A DNA stretch of 23,413 bases, from positions 1-23,413 of the forward strand of contig JBGQEL010000063.1 in the NCBI GenBank assembly GCA_041496385.1. The letters run 5' to 3'. Each line of letters begins with the position of its first letter. Within the stretch, counting starts at the first letter, position 1. The notes below the pieces were generated by a model that was not told where the DNA came from, did no database searches, and worked only from the letters and a program-made list of their open reading frames with translations. This DNA comes from Candidatus Methylomirabilia bacterium. GTDB lineage: Bacteria > Methylomirabilota > Methylomirabilia > Rokubacteriales > CSP1-6. The position numbers and the translations under genes were made by a program. Positions 17,295-23,413 of the stretch are shown one piece after another.

Positions 17295-17795
17295 CTAGGC
17301 GCGCGCCCGGGGCACGGCGAGCGCGGCGAGCGTCGCGCGCGCCCAGGGTTCGTCGAGCGTGGGCGGCGGCGCGTAGCGGATCCCGCTCGTGATCCGCATG
17401 CCGCCCTCCCACTCCGCGGCCGTGTCTTCGAGCACCTCCTCGACCGCGAGCAGGAAGTAACCCAGGTCGAGGCCGCCGTCGTCCGCGATGGGGAGCGGGC
17501 CGTCCACTGCGGCGAGCTTCACGTACACCGTCGCATCCGGCTCCACGACGAGCAGCGTTCCCTTCTGCCGTTCGACGAGGTTCCGGGCGCTCCGGCTCCG
17601 CGCGCCGATCACGAGGCCCAGCGACCCGGCGTCGTAAGCCCGGAGCTCGAGGTAGGATAGGAGCATCGGATGCGGTCGCCCGTCGGGGTCCACGGTGACG
17701 AAGGGCAGCGCCAGCCCCAGACGCCTCGCCAGATCGCGCTGCGCGAGCCGCTCGACGAGTGCGGGCGGAAGCGAAGGGCCGAGCCGGCGGGTCAT
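17295..17795 (-). CDS. Pyridoxamine 5'-phosphate oxidase-like (FMN-binding split barrel) protein
   Basis: TVDPDGRPH and SRSARNL motifs. GGAGG RBS. Confidence 0.72.
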   Translation of the reverse strand: MTRRLGPSLPPALVERLAQRDLARRLGLALPFVTVDPDGRPHPMLLSYLELRAYDAGSLGLVIGARSRSARNLVERQKGTLLVVEPDATVYVKLAAVDGPLPIADDGGLDLGYFLLAVEEVLEDTAAEWEGGMRITSGIRYAPPPTLDEPWARATLAALAVPRARA

Positions 17796-17915
17796 CGCGC
17801 CTCCACGGGACTCTTCTCGGCGAAACGTCCCAGACTGTCAAGGCGGTGACGCGAATTGCCAGAATGGACCCGGGCGCGCGCGGGCAAGTGCAGGATTCTT
17901 CGACCGTCGCACCGA

Positions 17916-17930
17916 TGGAGCCCGCCTTGC
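17916..17930 (+). promoter_or_regulatory. Sigma-54 promoter candidate for the lipoprotein gene
   Basis: TGGAGCCCGCCTTGC(A) has GG-N10-GC spacing with a perfect TTGCA -12 element. Followed by GGAGG (17946-17950) and the ATG at 17960. Confidence 0.5.
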
Positions 17931-17959
17931 ACCCGGTCGCCGCCTGGAGGTGCACAGGC

Positions 17960-18538
17960 ATGCGCTGCTTGAATCTCAGGATCCTTCTCGCGAGCGCCGC
18001 GATGCTCGGGGTCGCCGGCTGCGCGACGACTGAAGAGTGGACGGAGTGGAACACGCATCAGGCGCACTTCGCGTCCGCGAACCACCTCAGGTTCTCGGTG
18101 AAGAACCGGTTTGCGCCCCCGCTGATCCAGGAGCCCCGGGATATCGCGCTCGCCGGGGAGGAGAGCTGGTGGGGCGGTCCGTTCGACGACCGGCCGCTCG
18201 TGAACGTCGCGGGCCGCTGGTCCGGCACGTGGAGCGGTGTGGGCGCCTATCAGTGGCCCTTCTCGAGCCACGCGGAGGCGGAGTTCGCCCAGGATGGACG
18301 GTTCGGCAGGGGGCGGATGGTTCTCGAGGACACGCTCACGATGGACGTCCCGGAGATCCTGACCGTGCAGGGGATGCAGGGCGTGCGCGTGATGCTCCAG
18401 ATCTCGGGCTCGACGCTCGTCGTACGGCACGAGGCGGGCGGGCGCTGGCTGACGGGTGAGTTCACCGTGGACGGCGACCGCATGACGGGGCGCCTGAAGG
18501 ACTCGACCGCGCGTCTGGTGCTCGTGCGCCAGAAGTAG
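17960..18538 (+). CDS. Hypothetical lipoprotein with a beta-rich C-terminal domain
   Basis: GGAGG RBS. Signal peptide with lipobox VAGC. VAGRWSGTW and alternating beta-strand patterns. Confidence 0.75.
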   Translation: MRCLNLRILLASAAMLGVAGCATTEEWTEWNTHQAHFASANHLRFSVKNRFAPPLIQEPRDIALAGEESWWGGPFDDRPLVNVAGRWSGTWSGVGAYQWPFSSHAEAEFAQDGRFGRGRMVLEDTLTMDVPEILTVQGMQGVRVMLQISGSTLVVRHEAGGRWLTGEFTVDGDRMTGRLKDSTARLVLVRQK

Positions 18539-18562
18539 GCGGCCGGTTCGGGCGCGGCCCGG

Positions 18563-19522
18563 CTAGTAACCGCGCGCGCGATCGACGGCGTGCAGGAGCG
18601 GCTCGCGGCGCGCGAAGCGGCCCAGGTTCTCCACGAACAGCTCGGCGACGAGGGCGTCGCGCGTCGGGTGCAGACCGCCGACGTGGGGAAAGATCACGAT
18701 GCCCTCCGTGCTCCACAGCGGCGACTCGGGCGGAAGCGGCTCGGTCGTGAAGACGTCGAGGACGGCACCGGCGATGCGCTTGTCCCGGACGGCGTCGACG
18801 AGGTCGCCGTCCACCACGAGGTCGCCCCGCGCGAAGTTGAGGAGGTACGCCTCCGGCTTCATGCGCGCGAACCGGTTGCGGTCCATGATCCCGCGGGTCT
18901 CGACCGTCGAGGGCAGGAGCAGCAGCACGTAGTCCGCGGCGGCGAGCACCGTATCGGTCTCGGCCGGACCGTAGACCCGCTCGACCCCGGGCACGGCGGC
19001 GGGGGCCCGCTTGGTCCCGATCACCCGCATTTCCAGCGCCGCAGCCTTCCGCGCCACCTCGGCGCCGACGGCGCCCAGGCCGAGGATCCCGAGCGTCCTG
19101 CCTGCGAGCGTCGGGTTCACCCGCCGCCGCCAGCGGCGGTCGCGCTGGTCGAGGACGATCCCGTCGAGATGCTTCGTCACCAGAAAGAGCGCGGCGAGGA
19201 TGTGCTCGGGCATCTGCAGGCGGTGCGTGCCGCGCGCACAGGTCAGGATCGCGTCGTCGGGGAGCTCGTGCGACGCGAGCCAGTGCTCGACGCCCCCCGT
19301 GAGGGACTGGATCCACGCGAGGCGTGGCGCCCGGGCGGCGAGCCGTGCGGGCGGCCGCCAGGCGAGCATCGCCTCGGCGCGCGCGAGCACGGCGTCACCC
19401 GGATCCTGCGCCGGCGGAACGGCGACGAACTCGAACCGGGAACCGAAGCCCGCGGCCTCGGCCGCGCGGAGGTAGGGCTCGGGCGCGTCCGCCCACAGGA
19501 GAACGACGCGGGCGCCGCTCAG
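18563..19522 (-). CDS. D-2-hydroxyacid dehydrogenase family protein (NAD(P)-binding); start uncertain, possibly CTG
   Basis: ILGLGAVG Rossmann motif, [15 protein letters not shown] and FPHVGG (Arg/Glu/His catalytic residues). Confidence 0.88.
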   Translation of the reverse strand: MSGARVVLLWADAPEPYLRAAEAAGFGSRFEFVAVPPAQDPGDAVLARAEAMLAWRPPARLAARAPRLAWIQSLTGGVEHWLASHELPDDAILTCARGTHRLQMPEHILAALFLVTKHLDGIVLDQRDRRWRRRVNPTLAGRTLGILGLGAVGAEVARKAAALEMRVIGTKRAPAAVPGVERVYGPAETDTVLAAADYVLLLLPSTVETRGIMDRNRFARMKPEAYLLNFARGDLVVDGDLVDAVRDKRIAGAVLDVFTTEPLPPESPLWSTEGIVIFPHVGGLHPTRDALVAELFVENLGRFARREPLLHAVDRARGY

Positions 19523-20745
19523 CCGCCGGCCTTGGCGGACGACGCTGCGGCCGCTGGCTCGCGGTGACCGCCCGGAGCGACCACGCACGCGCCGCCCGCG
19601 CCGTCGGCGTGGATCGAGAGATCCTTGATCGTGGGCGAGGTGCCGCAGAGCGGGCACTTCGGGTCGCGGCGCAGCTTCACCTCGCGGAAGCGCATGCCCA
19701 GCGCGTCATAGGTGAGGAGACGCCCGATCAAGGGATCGCCGATCCCGAGCAGCAGCTTGACGGTCTCGGTCGCCTGCACCAGCCCAACCACTCCTGGGAG
19801 CACGCCCAGGACGCCGGCCTCGCTTCAGGACGGGACCAGGCCCGGCGGCGGCGGCGTGGGGTAGAGGCAGCGATAGCAGGGGCCCGCGTTCGGCGCGAAC
19901 ACCGTCGCCATGCCCTCGAACTGGAAGATCGAGCCGTGGACGTTCGTCTTGCCTGCGAGGAAGCACGCGTCGTTGACGAGGTAGCGCGTCTCGAAGTTGT
20001 CCGAGCCGTCGACGACGAGGTCGTAGTCCTTGATGACGTCCATCACGTTGTCGACGGTGATGCGCATCGGCAGCGGAATGACGTTCACGTCGGGGTTCAG
20101 CGCCTTGATCGTGCGCGTGCCGGACTCGACCTTGGGCTTGCCGATGTCGGCCGTCGTGTGGAGCACCTGCCGCTGGAGGTTGGTGATGTCCACGACGTCA
20201 CCGTCCATCAGCCCGAGCGTGCCGACGCCCGCCGCGGCGAGGTAGAGCGCCGTCGGCGAGCCGAGCCCGCCGGCACCGATGAGCAGGACCTTCGAGCGGA
20301 GGAGTTTGCGCTGGCCCTTGTCGCCGACCTGCGGCAGCAGGAAATGACGGCTGTAACGCTGGATCTGGTCGGCGGTGAGGGCCACGTCGCGCACGACGGG
20401 CAACCCCGACTGCACCCACTTCTGGTACCCGCCCTGGAGGTTGATGACGTTCGCGTACCCGAGCTCGTGGAGCGCCTTCGCGGCGAGCATCGAGCGCAGG
20501 CCGGTCTGGCAGTAAAGAACGATCGGCGTGCCTGGCTCGGTGACGGCGGTGCCGATCCGGAATTCGAGGAAGCCGCGGCTGATGTTCGTCGCGGCCTCGA
20601 GGTGGCCGTCGCGGTACTCGTCCGGATCGCGGACGTCGATGACGACGACGCCGTCACCCGACTTCAGGCGGCGTTCGAGATCGGCCGGCCCCTCTTCGGG
20701 AACGACCTGCCGGGCCTCGGCCAGCATCTCCTTGAGCGTCTTCAT
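19519..20745 (-). CDS. moeB: Rhodanese-MoeB/ThiF fusion (sulfur-carrier adenylyltransferase), 408 aa, with an in-frame TGA at 19825-19827 probably decoded as selenocysteine
   Basis: N-terminal rhodanese ([14 protein letters not shown]). MoeB motifs RYSRH, GAGGLGS, NLQRQ, DGSDNF and CYRC. The sequence [23 protein letters not shown] continues in frame to the CPLC Zn motif. Confidence 0.9.
19781..19824 (-). promoter_or_regulatory. Putative bacterial SECIS element
   Basis: 3' of the UGA there is a perfect 7-bp stem UCCUGGG/CCCAGGA closing the loop CGUGCU, which starts 20 nt after the UGA. A lower stem AGC/GCU plus GGCC/GGUU is also possible. Confidence 0.7.
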
Positions 20746-20755
20746 GTCCGGTGCC

Positions 20756-20764
20756 TGCTATACT
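20756..20764 (+). promoter_or_regulatory. Extended -10 promoter (TGcTATACT) for rfbA
   Basis: TGn-TATACT ends 11 nt upstream of the ATG at 20776, within a 30-bp divergent gap. Confidence 0.6.
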
Positions 20765-20775
20765 CTCAAAAATCC

Positions 20776-21660
20776 ATGACCAATTCCATCAAAGGCATCA
20801 TCCTCGCCGGCGGCTCGGGCACCCGTCTCTACCCTCTGACGCGCGCGGTGAGCAAGCAGCTCGTCCCCGTGTACAACAAGCCGATGATCTACTACCCGCT
20901 CTCTACGTTGATGCTCGCGGGGATCAGGACGATTCTCGTCATCACGACGCCGGAGGATCAGGGCGCGTTCCAGCGCCTGCTCGGCGACGGGAGCCACCTC
21001 GGGCTCCGCATGGAATACGCGATCCAGCCGCGCCCCGAGGGGCTCGCCCAGGCCTTCGTCATCGGCCGCGGCTTCGTCGGTGGCGACCGCGTCGCCCTCG
21101 CGCTCGGCGACAACGTGTTCTACGGCCACGGATTCCCCGAGTACCTCAAGCGCGCCGTCGAGCGCGGGCCCGGCGCGACGGTGTTCGCCTACTGGGTCCG
21201 CGACCCCGAGCGCTACGGCGTCGTCGAGTTCGATGCGGCGGGCACGGCGATCGGCCTCGAGGAGAAACCGGCCAAGCCGCGCTCGTCGTACGCGGTCACC
21301 GGCCTCTACTTCTACGACAACCAGGTCCTCGAGATCGCCGCGGGGCTCCGGCCGTCGGCGCGCGGGGAGCTCGAGATCACCGACGTGAACGCGGCCTACC
21401 TCCACGACGGCCGCCTCCACGTCGAGAAGCTCGGCCGCGGCATCGCCTGGCTCGACACCGGGACGCACGAGGCGCTGCTGCAGGCCTCCACGTTCATCCA
21501 GACGATCGAGGATCGGCAGGGGCTCATGGTCGCCTGCGTGGAGGAGATCGCGTATCGCATGGGGTACATCACCGCCGCGAACGTCGAGCGTATCGCGCGT
21601 CCCATGAAGGACAATTCGTACGGTCAGTACCTGTTGCGCCTGATCGAGTCGGAGCCGTAA
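20776..21660 (+). CDS. rfbA: Glucose-1-phosphate thymidylyltransferase
   Basis: [36 protein letters not shown] and WLDTGT. Confidence 0.96.
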   Translation: MTNSIKGIILAGGSGTRLYPLTRAVSKQLVPVYNKPMIYYPLSTLMLAGIRTILVITTPEDQGAFQRLLGDGSHLGLRMEYAIQPRPEGLAQAFVIGRGFVGGDRVALALGDNVFYGHGFPEYLKRAVERGPGATVFAYWVRDPERYGVVEFDAAGTAIGLEEKPAKPRSSYAVTGLYFYDNQVLEIAAGLRPSARGELEITDVNAAYLHDGRLHVEKLGRGIAWLDTGTHEALLQASTFIQTIEDRQGLMVACVEEIAYRMGYITAANVERIARPMKDNSYGQYLLRLIESEP

Positions 21661-21675
21661 GATCGGAGCCGCCTG

Positions 21676-22212
21676 ATGGAACTCACGCCCCACGCGAAGC
21701 GCGCCTTCCACGTCCAGTCCTACGGACCCGCGCCGTCCATCGAGGGCGTCGAGCTCGTCGAGCTCAAGCGATTGGCCGATGACGGCGGGACGATGACCGA
21801 GCTCGCGCGGCTCGCGGAGGGTCGGCCCCAGACACTCGCGGGCTTCACGCTGCGGCAGGTCAACTACAGCGAGGTCGAGCCCGGCGCGATCAAGGCGTTC
21901 CACCTCCACCTCCGGCAGACCGACGTGTGGTTCGTCCCGCCCGGCGACCGCATGCTGGTCGTGCTCGTCGACGTCCGGCAGGGCTCGAAGACCGAAGGGA
22001 CGAAGCTGCGATTCGTGCTCGGCGGCGGCGCGTCGCGCCTGTTGCGCATCCCCCCGGGCGTCGCGCACGGCGCGCGCAACATCGGGACGGCGACGGGCCG
22101 CATCGTCTACTTCACCGACGTCCACTTCTCGCCGGAGCCCGCGGCCTGCGACGAGGGCCGCCTGCCGTGGGACTACGCGGGCGCCGAGCTCTGGGACGTC
22201 GCCCGCGGGTAG
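21676..22212 (+). CDS. rfbC: dTDP-4-dehydrorhamnose 3,5-epimerase family (RmlC-like cupin)
   Basis: IEGVEL, QVNYS, IKAFHLH, DVRQGS and IPPGVAHG. Located between rfbA and rfbB. Confidence 0.82.
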   Translation: MELTPHAKRAFHVQSYGPAPSIEGVELVELKRLADDGGTMTELARLAEGRPQTLAGFTLRQVNYSEVEPGAIKAFHLHLRQTDVWFVPPGDRMLVVLVDVRQGSKTEGTKLRFVLGGGASRLLRIPPGVAHGARNIGTATGRIVYFTDVHFSPEPAACDEGRLPWDYAGAELWDVARG

Positions 22213-22216
22213 CGCC

Positions 22217-23215
22217 GTGAAGCTGCTCGTGACCGGCGGCTCAGGGTTCATCGGCTCCAACTTCGTCCGACACGTCCTCGCCGCACATCCTGACGACTCG
22301 GTCGTCAACCTCGACAAGCTGACGTACGCGGGCAACCCGGCGAACCTCAAGGACGTCGAGCACGACCCGCGCTACGGCTTCGTCCACGGCGACGTCTGCG
22401 ACGCCCGGCTCGTGCGCGACGTCGCGCAGGGCGTCGACGCGATCGTCAACTTCGCCGCCGAGAGCCACGTGGACCGCTCGCTGATGGAGCCGGACGCCTT
22501 CCTGAAGACCGACGTCTTCGGCGTGTTCACGCTGCTGGAGGCGGTGCGCGAGCTCAAGATCCCCCGCCTGCTCCACATCTCGACCGACGAGGTTTACGGG
22601 AGCGTCGAGCGCGGCTCCTCGCGCGAGAGCGATCCGGTGCGTCCGTCCAACCCCTACTCGGCGTCGAAGGCGGGTGGCGATCTCCTCGCGCTTGCCTCCT
22701 GGCACACCCACAAGACGCCGGTCGTCATTACGCGCTCGTCCAACAACTTCGGGCCGTACCAGTATCCGGAGAAGGTGGTCCCGCTCTTCATCACCAACGC
22801 GCTCGACGACCAGCCGCTCCCGCTCTACGGTGACGGCCGGAACGTGCGCGACTGGCTCTACGTGCTCGATAACTGCACGGCGATCGACCTCGTGCTGCGC
22901 CGGGGACACGTCGGCGAGGTCTACAACATCGGCGGCGGGCACGAGGTGGAGAACATCGTGCTGACGCGCCAGATCCTGCACCTCACGGGGAAGCCGGAGA
23001 CGCTCATCACGCCCGTCAAGGACCGGCCGGGCCACGACCGACGCTACTCGCTCGACGCCAAGAAGGTCCAGCAGCTCGGCTGGGCGCCGCGCCACAAGTT
23101 CGGCGACGCGCTCACGGCGACGGTCGAATGGTACCGCGAGCACGAGACGTGGTGGCGGCCGCTCAAGTCGGGCGAGTTCCGAGCGTATTACGCAAAGCAG
23201 TACGGCGCCCGATGA
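22217..23215 (+). CDS. rfbB: dTDP-glucose 4,6-dehydratase
   Basis: TGGSGFIGSNF, DKLTYAGN, AAESHVDRS, STDEVYG, YSASK and DRPGHDRRY. Confidence 0.96.
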   Translation: MKLLVTGGSGFIGSNFVRHVLAAHPDDSVVNLDKLTYAGNPANLKDVEHDPRYGFVHGDVCDARLVRDVAQGVDAIVNFAAESHVDRSLMEPDAFLKTDVFGVFTLLEAVRELKIPRLLHISTDEVYGSVERGSSRESDPVRPSNPYSASKAGGDLLALASWHTHKTPVVITRSSNNFGPYQYPEKVVPLFITNALDDQPLPLYGDGRNVRDWLYVLDNCTAIDLVLRRGHVGEVYNIGGGHEVENIVLTRQILHLTGKPETLITPVKDRPGHDRRYSLDAKKVQQLGWAPRHKFGDALTATVEWYREHETWWRPLKSGEFRAYYAKQYGAR

Positions 23216-23280
23216 CGCCACGCGCATCCTTGGCAGGCCATCCACGGTTCCGGCGGGCTCGCGGTCCCCGCTACCAATGA
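23212..23280 (+). CDS. Putative repeat-encoded 22-aa peptide MTPRASLAGHPRFRRARGPRYQ
   Basis: The ATG overlaps the rfbB TGA, and its own TGA overlaps the ATG of the next unit. Confidence 0.35.
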   Translation: MTPRASLAGHPRFRRARGPRYQ

Positions 23281-23345
23281 CGCCACACGCATCTTTGGCA
23301 GGCCATCCACGGTTCCGGCGGGCTCGCGGTCCCCGCTACCAATGA
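23277..23345 (+). CDS. Putative repeat-encoded 22-aa peptide MTPHASLAGHPRFRRARGPRYQ
   Basis: ATGA-coupled at both ends. Confidence 0.33.
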   Translation: MTPHASLAGHPRFRRARGPRYQ

Positions 23346-23410
23346 CGCCACACGCATCTTTGGCAGGCCATCCACGGTTCCGGCGGGCTCGCGGTCCCCG
23401 CTACCAATGA
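23342..23410 (+). CDS. Putative repeat-encoded 22-aa peptide MTPHASLAGHPRFRRARGPRYQ
   Basis: ATGA-coupled at both ends. Confidence 0.33.
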   Translation: MTPHASLAGHPRFRRARGPRYQ

Positions 23411-23413
23411 CGC

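Larger units (their letters stand above)
23212..23413 (+). repeat. 65-bp tandem repeat, 3 full copies plus a partial 4th running off the window
   Basis: Unit ATGACGCCACACGCATCTTTGGCAGGCCATCCACGGTTCCGGCGGGCTCGCGGTCCCCGCTACCA starts at 23212, 23277, 23342 and 23407. Copy 1 differs at 23222 and 23229; copies 2 and 3 are identical. Confidence 0.97.

Noticed and set aside
17810..17841. Sigma-70 promoter for the PNPOx-like gene (TTGACA on the minus strand at 17836-17841)
   Set aside because: No convincing -10 hexamer at 16-18 nt spacing.
18539..18562. Intrinsic terminator between the convergent lipoprotein and dehydrogenase genes
   Set aside because: Only a short GCCGG/CCGGC stem with no U-tract on either strand, which is expected by chance at this GC content.
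19519..20745. moeB as a pseudogene or as two separate genes (19825-20745 and 19519-19803)
   Set aside because: There is a single in-frame TGA at the conserved Cys position, motifs are intact on both sides, and a SECIS-like hairpin follows. Recoding explains this better.
178..20775. Long N-terminal extensions in the ORF track (starts at 178, 2035, 2837, 3241, 4236, 5531, 14003, 15175, 17759, 19324)
   Set aside because: The extensions overlap neighbouring genes and are R/G/A-rich noise. Downstream starts with an RBS, a promoter or an NTGA overlap fit the protein families better.
23212..23413. CRISPR array
   Set aside because: The units are head-to-tail and near-identical over all 65 bp, with no unique spacers and no cas genes in the window.

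Overview
This is a high-GC (about 70% by eye) bacterial chromosomal window, densely coding, with no rRNA, tRNA, transposase or CRISPR array visible. Gene content and style are compatible with Ca. Rokubacteria/Methylomirabilota, which is a tentative inference. From left to right it holds: the end of a carrier protein plus adenylating-enzyme cluster; two small genes driven by divergent sigma-54-like promoters; a small leaderless-type ORF preceded by DnaA-box-like motifs and coupled to a LivKHMGF-type ABC importer; an orphan AceE-like ThDP enzyme; an M24 hydrolase; glcDEF-moaB; a lipoprotein HtrA; a PNPOx-like protein; a hypothetical lipoprotein; a D-2-hydroxyacid dehydrogenase; a rhodanese-MoeB fusion; and rfbA-rfbC-rfbB. 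Two signals stand out. (1) The rhodanese-MoeB gene has an in-frame TGA at its conserved Cys position, followed by a bacterial SECIS-like hairpin, so it is probably a selenoprotein rather than a broken gene. (2) A 65-bp tandem array begins on the rfbB stop codon. Each unit is a complete 22-codon Arg/Pro-rich mini-ORF joined to its neighbours by ATGA start/stop overlaps, forming a possible chain of translationally coupled peptides.
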